Of a stretch of DNA of 64,000 bases, positions 36,810 to 49,100 are shown one piece after another. The position numbers and the translations under genes are program-made. Positions within the stretch are counted from its first letter, which is position 1. Every line of letters starts with the position of its first letter. This DNA comes from Vitrella brassicaformis CCMP3155 (lineage: Eukaryota > Protista > Chromerida). The stretch covers positions 62,001-126,000 of the forward strand of contig CDMY01000104.1 in NCBI GenBank assembly GCA_001179505.1, read 5' to 3'. The notes under the pieces were generated by a model. It worked only from the letters and a program-made list of their open reading frames with translations. It did no database searches and was not told the origin of the DNA.

Positions 36810-37153
36810 GGAGCCTCCAGCGAAGCAGCCGGGCTGCGACGGATGGCAGCCAGCGGGCTGTGGATGATGCCCTGGCTCTCATCAGGGCGGGTCCGTCTCA
36901 GCTCGCATGGGGCGGGGGCCTTCTCCCTTCGGTCACGACGGGAATGATTCAGGAATATGTGCCTTCTCATCGCGGCCCCCCGAGGCATTGGTAGGAGGTG
37001 CGTGTTTTGCCAATTCACAGTCTGAGACCGTTTCGGATTATTCAGGTGAGAGAAAGAGGGAGCCAAAAGATGAATGCCAATGGATGAATACACAGCGAAT
37101 CCATCATATTTGCCCATTGATACGTACACAGCCTCTTCTGTGGGCAGATAAGG

Positions 37154-40100
37154 ATGCCCCGCTGGTGGAGATCAGCTGATCTTGCCGCCTTCTGCCTTAT
37201 TTTGGTTCTTGCAATCAGCTGTGCGCGAGGGTAGGTTCATCAGTCACACAACACGATAGTGAACTCATGGGTCTGCGTCCACCATGTGTTCAGGTTTGAA
37301 TGGACTCCTGCTCTGATCGATGAGTGTTTGGCCGATGTCAGTGTGACGAGGACAACTTGTGCTGGGCTGACTCTGGGCAGTGGCGAGAAGGTGCTAAGGG
37401 ATTACACGCGGCGACGGCGGGAACAAATATGTATGTATACGTCGTTTGTCTGCGCTTTTCAGGTGACGTTTGATCCGACTTGTGAGATAGGCATCTCAGG
37501 TCTGATGCATAGATGCGGCTGTGTTCATACGTACATCCATCCGCCATCTGTTTGTGCCTGTGCAGGGTGTAACGTCCAGGGCAATCTATGCTGTCGAGTG
37601 AGCAGTGCACATGCACACTGACAGGCATGCATGGACGTGATTTCATATGCAGTATTGTGGTTTTGGCGAATATGCGGACACCAGCTGCTTGGAAGAGGTG
37701 CAGCCCCACTGCAACGCAAGTACGTATACACACAGCCAGACACACACGAAGGAGCACACGTGTACATACGATATGTCCAGGCTGCTATCAGTACGATTTC
37801 GCGTACACATACGCCAGCGACGCGTCGAGTCCCAGAAAGCTGGCATCATTCTTTCTCACGTCTGTCGGCCAGCCGATGGCACCCGCACTCGCAGCCTGCC
37901 AGCAATACTGTAGGCACGCAAACACACATACGTATGTACATACCTCACGATACATGCATACATAGGCGCATACATACATCGACAGATGGATGGCTGTGAC
38001 AGGTGTGGACAATTCCCCTTGCACGCACTTCACGCTCTCAACATTCAGCGGGCAGGCCGAGTGCAAAATCTTTGAGGTGGCTGCCGAAAACTTTTCATAC
38101 AGACACGTACACACCTGCTGGTGATCGATTATTGTATGTAGATATATCCCGGCGACTCTGTCTCACGGGCGAGCGAGGCAGGGGCTATCAGCGGGCGGGC
38201 CGGATGCACGGCGATCGAGCAGGCGTCCACCAGCGAGCCGTGTCTCCCCTATTGCCACACACAGACACTGATCGCTCCTGACTACTCGTACAACGATGCA
38301 CAGGTACACACACTTATGCATGTATTGTTCAGACATCCGGCCGGCTGTGTGCGTGAGTGATCAGAACGTGGTGGTCGAGTCGATTCTGCTCTATCCTCAA
38401 TCGGCGATGGGTTGCTTTGCTTTGTGCTACCTACACAACGACTGTCAGTACATGAACTTCATACACGGTGAGCGAAAAACCACCAACGAGGCGGACAGAA
38501 GACAGACTTCTCGCTTCAGAGACGCGGGAGTGTCACCTATTGAAGAAGCAGACAGGCGTGTCGGTGACACTTGGAGAGGCCAAGGGCAGCATCGCCGGCT
38601 GCCTGAGCATCTGGTGCAGACGTAAGCATGCATACAACACATATATGCGTTGTGGTGGTTCCGTAAATGTGGGATTCATTCACCAGCGCTGATAAACAAA
38701 CATCGTGGCGGGACCGATATCGACGCATCATCTTGGCGGCCGTTAGTCAATATGGTCGTCAACAGCAACGCCCTGCCTGAGTCAGCTAGCATCATAAAAG
38801 CAGAATACGCAAAGACTATTTCCCTGATGTCTCCTCTTTCCTCTCAGGTTCTCTCTCTTTCCCAATCACTCCTTCGGCGCGCCAATTTCAGAGGCGACAA
38901 GCACCGCAAATGTAGACCCAAAGACAAGAATGTGCTCACATGTAGACCTCAAGAGAACACTCACTCACATGTCTCTGTATATGCGTAGATGGTGACGGGT
39001 GCTTCGGAGACGTTCTGGCAAGGTTCCTCGGTCGACGGCTCATCAGACTACTTCACGATCACCTTCAGCCAAAGCAGATACATTAGTGTGTATGGGAGGG
39101 AAAGGGGGGCATAGCAATTCCCACAACGCATTTGCATGTGACATGTCAGGTGGCATCGAGCTGGGTTTCGACAAGTACGGCAAGGACATCATGCAGCCGT
39201 ATCTGCTGGCAGAGGACAGGACACCGCGCGTGATCAGAGTCGAGTACAGCGACGAGCTGAACGCGATGCAGGAGATAGTCAACGTGCAGCACAACGACCA
39301 GGTGACGACACAAAGATACGTTGTTGTGCATATACATGCGAAGGACATGTGCTGTGCATGTGTACAGGTCACCTTGCGTGTGCGGTTCCCATACGTGTTG
39401 ACCACAAAACTCACTGTCTACCTGGAAGACACCCACGGCGGCCTCCCTGTGCAAGTATACTCCATTCGCGTGATGGGGTCGCACAAGGGTGAGCATGGCT
39501 TGATCTCTGCCACGCCCCATCCATGGGTTGCTTGATGTATGTACATTTTTTGGGTGTATGTAGTGTTCTTCCTGACAAGGCAGAATGGCGACTGCAGTGG
39601 CGATCGGACGCCCCTTGGCACGGGGATGTCTGCTGACCAGTGCAGAGACAGGTATTCACCCAACACGCCAAAGTGACGCAGGGACACACATCTATGTCTC
39701 TGCGTCTTGTGTAGCTGCGCCGCCTCTCCGCTGTGCTTTTGTGCCGTCACTGACGAATCTTCCGGACCAGCAGGCAAGTGTTGATATTATGTCACATGTC
39801 CAGCTCAAGCGTTTATGCGAACCCTCTCTTCTCTTTTGCCAGGCGACTGTGTAGCCACGAGGGGCACAGGCGTGACTACACGGACCAGCTTCGTCTCGCA
39901 GATCAAACAAATCCCGTGTAGGCCACGTGTGTATGAAGTATAACACATTGAATGCGATGTGTGTCCATATGTTATAGTCGAGGCCGCGATGAGTATCGAC
40001 ATGGTGACGGTTAGTGGCCAGCGCGCGTTGGTGACGGGAGATCAGAGCACTCACTCGTCGGTCTTCGTGTACGCGGCCACATATGACCAGCACAGCTGTC

Positions 40101-43100
40101 CCACGTTGGGGCCAGGTAAGCGACCAGAGACAGTGCGTCAATGCACGTCTATGTATTTTCGTAGAGGCAAATGCAACATCTCCTGGGACGGGCCAAACGG
40201 TCGAAGTCGAGACGGCCACCCACTATGGCACCCACACGGGTGTGTTCACAGACACTCTAGAGAGCTTCCATGCATATCATATGTGCTTTTCTGGTTTGTC
40301 TGTAGCGTATGTCAGCTGTCCTGACCGAAAGATGGCCTTTGCGCGGTGCCTGATGACCGCCGATGTGAGCCAGGCTGCCTGCGAGGCCCTGGGGTGCTGT
40401 TGGGACCAGGAGTACTCAGAATGCTATTCTGTCGACCCGAGTGAGTGAGCGATTGGTCTCATGAGCGCACATGGCATGATATGCGTGTGGGCGAGCATGC
40501 AGCATGGGACGTGAGTGGTCAGTATGTCGAGTCACTTTCGACCTCCCCACAGCCGATCGCGACGCTCGCGTACGACGAGGCAACCATGGTGCGACAACGA
40601 GGAAAGGAGGGAGGCACGTGATTGTCCGTCAATATATGCACCTACTCCAGACATTCATGTACACACTGGATGCTACTACAGCAACACTTGTGCCTAGGGG
40701 CATTGTGGTGAGCCAAGACAAACCACCAGACACACATAGGCGATTTCCATGTGTCTTGATGGTCTGCAGGTTTCCGACCAGCCATCAGCCGGAGAGGGAG
40801 ACGACGGATGCGCCTATATTTTGATGGAATTCGCATCCGGGGATTTCCTCAAGTGTGCACGCACACAAACACGGAGGGACACGCGAATCTGCATATACAC
40901 GCACACGATGCACACGGACTGCAATCCTATCAGGGTCTACCAAGGCGGTTTTGTCATCGTCCCAGCAAATGCCCACTTCACACGCATCAGTGGCACAAGT
41001 GGGTGAATCAGACACACACACACACACACACACATCCACCGCTCCCATTGCATCTGCAGGTACGGCCACGCACGTCGAGATGGGCCGTGAGGAAAGGGTC
41101 TACGAGTCGAGTGACGAAGACATCACTGTCACGCAGACCTTCACCGAGCCGATCGTTCTCCTGGGAATCCATTTTTCACAAGTACACAGCAGAAAATGAC
41201 ACAGGCGAGGGATTTCTCGTGTGTGTCAGATCTCAGGTAGCAACCTTGGTGCGGCGAGGCCGAGAGTAAAGCGAATCACCGGCAGCAAAGACGCCGGCTG
41301 GTCGCTCTCTGTGGGGCAAGAGCAGCCCGCGTGTGCGGCGACTCCTCATACGGGACACACGGGATTCGACTGGGCTGTTGTCGAGAAGGGCATCTATCTC
41401 ACGCCGAGCCCGATGAGGCCGAAGCTCGATATGGCAATCGTAAGTGGACCGCTTCTCTGTCTCTGACTGCATGTGCCTCTCACGTCTCGTGTGAGACAGG
41501 TTGGAACCGTCGTGTTCCCTGCTGACTTCACGGTGGGTGGCGAGACCATCACTTACGCGACGGATGGATGGCAGCGCGTCACTTTCGAGCGGCCCTTCCC
41601 AGTCACCAGCAGGGTGGTGGTAATCGCAACACCGCAGCCCTACACATCCAGCCACAGGTTCCTGCTGGCACGTGTGCGCGACGTGACTCCATTCGGCTTC
41701 CTGATCGCACTGCAAGACGAGCGTACGTGACCAAACCTACACATGCCTGTGTCATTGGGCTCGTGAATGTGTCTATATGCGTGTGTCGTGCAGAGGACGG
41801 TGTGTTGGGATCGCCCTTGGAAGACATCACCGTCGGCTATATCGCGATCGAGCGCCAGGGGCCAGCGTATGTTCCCACAGAGACTCGGCCATAAACAAAC
41901 AGACCGATACAGACATGTGTGTTTGTGTGTCAGTCTAGCGTCGAGCATCTGGGAGGCGGGGTTCAAAGAGGACAGGCCGCTCGATTCGCCTAGCGGAACG
42001 ACCGACATCATCATCGATTTCGAACAGCCCTTCGACAACACGAACGTCTTCCGCTTCGTGCAGGTAACTCATGATAAATTAACTCATTCCAGATATGTAT
42101 CTGTCTCCATCTATACGTGTACGTACGGGTGTGTTTCAATCAAGTACACCTCCTTCTTTGCCAACGCTTCAAAGTCGCTTAAGGAAAAAGGCTTCACCGC
42201 CAGCCAACTGGAAGCGTATGCAACAAATGCACACGGACGTTGACTGACACATCCCTCCTTGTGTGTCAGTGAAGATGACAACAATCACGAGTGCTTCCAC
42301 CTGTGGGCGTCCGACCAACCCAACGGCCTGCTGACCAACTCACTCCTCGAGCACACGCACTGGCTGGCTGTGCAAAGCCGTAAGCTAATGGGGCCTCCAT
42401 GGCTCCCCCATTCTATTTTTCACTGGTATCCCTGTCGCATGCAGCGAGCGACCCAACGCAGGGTCGATCAGCCTTCGTCATGCACTCGGTGCTTTCGCGG
42501 CACTCGAGGACTCTTGTCAACGGTCTCGCGTCGGTTGCACTGACCGAAAAGCGGGCGCCAGGAAAGACCATGGCGAGAGTCAAGAACGGCCAGACAATGC
42601 AGACGGTCCACTGGCACGCCGGTAAGCCGACGGAATTGGCTCTCCCTCTCTGTGAGACATATGTGTGTTTGCTCGATTGTACAGAGAAAGCTCCTCCCCA
42701 AGGCATCTCGATCGAAGTGGCCAAGTCCATCATTCCCCCCGAGTTCACAAAGGTCTACGTCCACTTTACTGACACATATGGCAACGTCGTCGAGAACGTG
42801 AGGAGGAGCACAGGTCATGTGAACACACATTAAACAGTCTGTCTGTATTTGCGCACATATGTGTGTTTGGGGAAGGGTCCAAGCGGCTGCACCAACTGCT
42901 CGGCCACTGTGACATTCTCGCACCAGGCATGTGTGCGCTTTCGCAACACGCCCTACTGGGTCGGCGACCACGTGCCAATCGAAAAGGTAAAATACGAATG
43001 CATGGATGGGTATGGATCGATCGACATACGTGTATGCGAATGAATGGGCAGGGCATTGGCCACTTTGAGATCGGGTTCGATGAGGCGGGCTGCGGCGGGG

Positions 43101-46100
43101 TGTATTGGGAAGGAGTGCAAATCACCGTCGCACATGATACGCTCCAGGCGACCAAGACGGTCGTCTTTGCAAGTGAGTACACGTGAGTACACGTGGGTCC
43201 TACATGAAAGCGACATTTGGTCTGTGTGAATGTGCACAGGCCGTGTCCTGTACGTGGAGTCACTGTCTGTCCCGGTTCCGCATGCGGGCCAGACCGTCAC
43301 GGCACGCATACATGGCGCCACCTACTCGGATCTCGGACTCACTAACGAGGCCGGCGTCAGCGGTCGGCGATTGGAAAAGCATGAGGATCAAAAGACGTCT
43401 GTACACGTGTCATATACAGGCACATACTTCGTGTTGCTGAGTGGCGAGGGCGGAAATTATTTCGACAACTGGGCCGTGAATGAGACTGAGACGACAATTG
43501 CGATGACCGATGGTGCGCCTGCGTTCGATGTAGACTGTATACACACATGGGTCTACGTATGTATGCAGGTTACGGTGATGTATCCATCACATTGAGACAG
43601 AGCGGCATGCTGACCATCACGCCGAAGGATGGCCAAGGCGGGACGACCACCATCCAAAAGAAGACGAAAGGTACATATGCAGGTTCATTGTTTCCCACTT
43701 ATCCACATACATACATGATGTGTGCACGAGTGTGCAGGTGGAACCCAGATACTGATGATCCCCACCGCCAAAAGTGGCTACTACATGATGAGCAAATCGA
43801 TCTACGTGCTACCAGGTGCGTGTCTGTGTTGACGTAGACAGACGGAAGAATCTTTGCGGAGGAACTTACATTTTGCAGATGTTCCCACGAAAATAGTCAC
43901 GACCGCGCCGGCCATGGCGCCTGTCAACCAGCCGATACTAGTCACTCTGACGGCCAACGACGCATACGGTGAAAACATACGGACATAATCGACACAGCAC
44001 ATTTGTAGAATTTGTCTCACCACCTGTCAGGGGAGTTTTGCCCTGAGGTGTCTGGCAATCTCAACATCTACCTACGTACACACGAAAACAGGATATCAGC
44101 CACACTGTCCTTCCTGCCATCGCCTGCAATCGTCTCACAGAACATCGGTACACACGCGTGCACACGTACCCACGACTCTATGTTTCAGTGATTGCGTGTC
44201 TCCTTCAGCCGCGGGCACGGCGATAGTGGCCGTCACACACGGCAAGGCCATTATCTCTGTGCAAAGCACTGGAGCTGGGAGCAACGAGCTGCGACTTGGA
44301 ATGACCACCATGACCGACACCAACTGGGAGCTGGCCGGCCAGACGCCCACGTGGGTGGGACATGAGGGAGCGACAATCGTTATTGAAGGAGCCGTCGCCC
44401 TGACGGGAAGGATCGTGCTCAGCGTCATTCCATCAACTGTCACGGCTGGCCAGAACGTGTCGGTCACCCTGTCCTCACAAGACACAGGCGGCAGCCCGAA
44501 GGCAATCACTGCCACCGTGGAGCTCGTCTTTTCTCTTACCGACGGAGGGGCCATCGGACCAACGAGATCGGTGTCGTTCGCAAACCAGAATAGCGCTTCC
44601 ATCTCACAGCAGCTGACCACCAGCGGCCAATACAACGTTTCAATGGCCAACCCATCAGACGCGCACATCGACGTGACGGCGTCAACATTTGTCACGTGTG
44701 CTTATGGGCCGGTGACACAGCTGGGTCTGATCATCATGAACACCGTGTTGCCTGAGTACGATGTCGGCACGATGGTCCTCCTGCGCCTCGGTGGGTGATG
44801 GAAAATGTGGGAAGATGGTTCTGTAGAATACGCTTATATGGTTTTTCGGGACGATGGTTCTGTAGAGACGCAAGATGCGTTCAGCAACCATGTCCCAACG
44901 CGGCAAGACGATGTCTCCATCACATGCACAAGAAACGCCCAACAGGTGGGTGAGCTTTTGCATTCCTACAGAAGATCTCTTCTCTGTGTGTGTATTGCTG
45001 AGCAGGTGTTTGACGGCGATTGCGGTCGGTTCACGTATCTGCATGAGGGCTACGTGACGTTTCGGGTGACGTCGAATGCGGCCGGCTTGCTGGTCGTGTC
45101 CGCTTACTCGACTACGGCTCCCGGCCTCATTCAAGCCACTCTCGAAATGTCGTTTGGGCTGGGTAGGCGCACACGTCATATGTAGGCATGAATGGCCTTC
45201 TTGGTACTCTCCTTGACGCTCAGTGGTCTATGACAAGCCCTCCGTCACGCTGACGATCGACGATGGCAAAGCTATGACAAAGTAGTGACGACCAGAAAAT
45301 GTATACATGGACAGTTTCTTGTCACGAGAGGTGTCTTATTGCAGAGAGCTTTTCACGATTTTGACGGCAAGCTTCTCTGAAGGCCTTCAGGCGTCGTCAT
45401 TCACAGTCGACGACATTACTGTGTCCAACGCGACTGTGGATAGCCTGGTGGCGCTGGATGCAGCCGAAAGCCTATGGCGGATTGTCGTGACGCTGCAGCC
45501 GGATAGAAACGCCTCGTTCTTCATCGCTGCCGACGTTGTCGTTGGCGACCTATCCGGCTTGTCCAACGCCCCTTCCAACACCGTCTTCGTGGCAAACGAC
45601 CAGACACCACCCGTCGGCTCCGTCGCGATCGACGACACCGCTCCGTACATCCGATCGACGGACCTCTCGTCCACCAATGGGACAGTGCCCATTCTCATCA
45701 TCGCAAACGAGCCTATCGCCATCGACATCACGAAGCTCGCGACGCCTGGGCTGAGTATTGTCTCTCATTCCCCAAGGAGCGGGGAATACGCTACTGAGGG
45801 GTACGTACTGGTGCTGAAAGACAGTGTTGGGTCACTTGTGGTGGAGGTGCCGCCCGGTTTGGCGGCTGATCGGGCTGGGAACCTCAATGTGGAGACGTTC
45901 TCTATCACTGTGGCATATCGTAAGCCCAGGCCCTCAGCGGATAGCGTGTGTGAATGCATGTCTCGTGTACGCAGGCCCTCTGGACACCCGATCAACCGTC
46001 TCTGAGATCAAAATACCGGGCACGGCCACGCTAACTGCTGGCGTCGGCTCTCAACTCTCCCTGCTGGTCTTCGGCAGCCATTTCGATCATGCCCACGATC

Positions 46101-49100
46101 AACTCATCTACGGCTATCTGCCGCCAAGCGTGCAGGACCCGGAGTCACTCGATGCCGCTGCGTTTTGTCTCGCCCTTGCTGGCGGTGATCGGGTTACGTG
46201 CGCACAGGGGGAAAACGACACGTCGTATGTGGTGTGTGGACCGGTGGCTGCGACGGAAGAGGGAAGGGTGGGTTTGTGCTATTGTGATGCAAGTCAGCAC
46301 AGGGACGAGAGCTGTGATGCGGATGAGAAGTTCGATATCGCTCCCGAGAGTGGAAGAGTCATCATCGTGAGGGAAGGTACTTTATGAAAATCGTGTTGAC
46401 ACGTGTATGTGTACACCGGTCTTTGTCAATGCATCCATCAGGGTGTGCCGAGCCATGCGGTGAGGGCTATGAGTGTGAGACGGTTGCTCTGGACACGGGC
46501 GGTTTCTTCCATTCATGTCAACCACACTGCGGCGACGCCTTTAGGACTATCGAGGAGGCTTGCGACGACGGTAACGATGTGTCGGGTGATGGATGCTCGG
46601 GAGATTGTTTAACCATAGAGGACGGATGGACTTGCTCCGTGGTCATCGGCCAGCCGTCCATTTGCACACGGATTTCAATGTGCAACCTTGACAAGGCAGC
46701 TACCCTTCCCGCCGGCTGGCACAGATGCTCGCCCGACAATCGGCCATCACAAGACTTGCTGCTCGGATGCTATCTGGTTGACTGTGCTCTCGAGACCACC
46801 AAGACAACGATCGGCTGTGTACCGGCTCCAGGGGAGGCATATCTGTGCCAGGAGCTCGCTACGCCCACATTGCTGGCGGTGGACTTCATGGAGGGCTTCT
46901 CGTCACTGCTGGTGTCATTCGACCTGCCCATCGCAGTTAGCTATGATGGGACAACAGTCACCGCTATTACTGCCAACTCACCAACGGATCTTTGTTACAC
47001 CTTCGTTGACGACAGCAGGGCGTCCTTTGGCACCGATCCGTCATGTCTCGCTACATCCAATCGCACCATTGGCGTGTTCTTCGGAGATGTCCCGACTGCC
47101 CGTGTTGGCGACATGATCCATGTCAAGAGCGGCACCATCGCACGTGCAGAGGCTGCGTTCAGCGACGTGCTCCAACAGGCATGGCTCATTCCGGAGGCCT
47201 CCCATGAAGTCGGCATCCTTTCTGGCGTCGACCTGCCTGTCTTGTCGGCCGTGGTTCAGAAGAAGCCGATCTACTCGATTTGTGAAGGCGTGCATGTTGA
47301 CGTCTATTTCTCTGGAGGCTCTGGGAGGCCTATCGACATTCAGTGGACGTGTCTTGAACCAACTGAGGCCTGCGCGTCGCTCAACCAGCACATTTCCGCT
47401 GAGAATGGTGAGAGGTGGTGAGATTTCACCATTCTGACCTGATCTGTGTCATGTGTTGTCTTTCAGGTCTCTCTGACACTCACATGAGCGTCACGAGCGA
47501 CCACCTCCGGGCAGCCGTCGACCAACAGACGACCTCTGAGCTGTTCGTCTTCCGTTTGACGGCGGCAAATTTTCTCGGCTCTCAGTTCAACGAGGAAATT
47601 GAGATTGACGTCGATTTGACGGATAATATAACTCGCCCAAACGTCGTGCCTGCACTGGACAGCCCGTCGGAGATGAGTCTCCATGTTGACAAAGCCATTG
47701 TGCTGCGTGTGGCGCTGGAAGCCAGCAGGTGCCCGGAAAGCGGCACTCAGCATACACCTAGCGACATCATCGTGGACTGGCTCTATCGACAGACGATGCC
47801 GCAATCGTCGGAGCTCATCTCCCTCAACAATACCTCGGGACACCAGCTCAAACTGGAGATCGCCCCAGGCTTTTTCGAGACGTACTCGTCGTACGTGGTC
47901 GTTGCTCGAGTGGCCTACAGAGGTAATCCAGAGAGTTCGGCGGATGTGGATTTTGTTGTGCACATCGACGGCGCTTCCACTCCACGTGTGTCTCTCAGCG
48001 GGCCAACGAGCGTCTCGGCCACATGCCCATTCGCCTTACACTATCAGGCGACTGCGGCACAAACTGATTCGTCTCTAGCGTTCAGATGGCATTGCTTCAT
48101 GCTCAATGGGGATGGAGCGTCAGCACTGCAGGCGGCGGAGCTCGATGAAGCCGTCTGTGACGCTCCATCCGGCTATGAGGCGCTTGGCCTCCTTAAGTCG
48201 TCTTCAGTCGTCTTTGACTGCACAACAGAGGCATTTGAGGAAGGAGACACGACGGACGGCTCACATAAGGGTGAGAAATTCGTTCAGGGTGGGCACCTCT
48301 CAGCCGGTGTCGTGTTCTTCGCCATGACGGCTCACTTGGAAAGAGACGATAGTGCTGTGAGTGCCGATGGCGTTGCGGTGAGCAGAGTGGCTCTGGTGGA
48401 TGAACAGGGCCTCACAGCAAAATGGTTTTCGTCTGTACCCAAACGGTGAGTAACACACGTGTCTCTTCTGAGTGTCGATATGTCTCCTGTCACTTCTCAG
48501 GGTCTCCTTTCGCACAGAGAGAATCGACATCGTTCTCTATTCCTCGCCGATCGACACTGCTGCGGCCGTGCCTCCAGATTGCCAGCCATCGGTCGCCCAA
48601 GGGACGCAAGTGGAATGGCTCCTCGAGCATATGGATGACGGCACACTCACAATCGAAAACAAGACCCTCTCGGAGGCTGAGAGCAGGCGCGTCTTGCTCA
48701 GGCAGGGCGTACAAGACTCCGCACAGATCCTCTCTGGTGTCGTGCTGGACACAAGCTTGCTTACAGTCGGGCAGCGCTATCGCGTCCAGGCGACTGTTGG
48801 CGGGCAAACGGTAAGCTCCAACAGTTTTGCTGTCGATCGCCATCCGTACGGAGGCAAGGTCGCCGCAAGCAAGTCAACTGTGTCCGCCTTTGAAGCCATC
48901 CACGTTGAGCAATCCAACTGGAAAGATGATGGCCCCATCGATGAGCTGGTCAGAGACATCAGCTCACACACACTCTTGGTTGCGATGAAGTGGGCATGAT
49001 TGCAGGAGTTTGCCTTCTACCGGAGCAATGAGGAGCAGTTGTCACCGATCCGCCTCTGTGAGTTCAAAAAAGCCATCGAAGGTGGGCTCACCTGTGAGCG

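Noticed and set aside
38911-38970. Degenerate ~30-bp tandem duplication (tgtagacc...ctcaca)
   Set aside because: Two poor copies in a probable intron, with no evidence of function.
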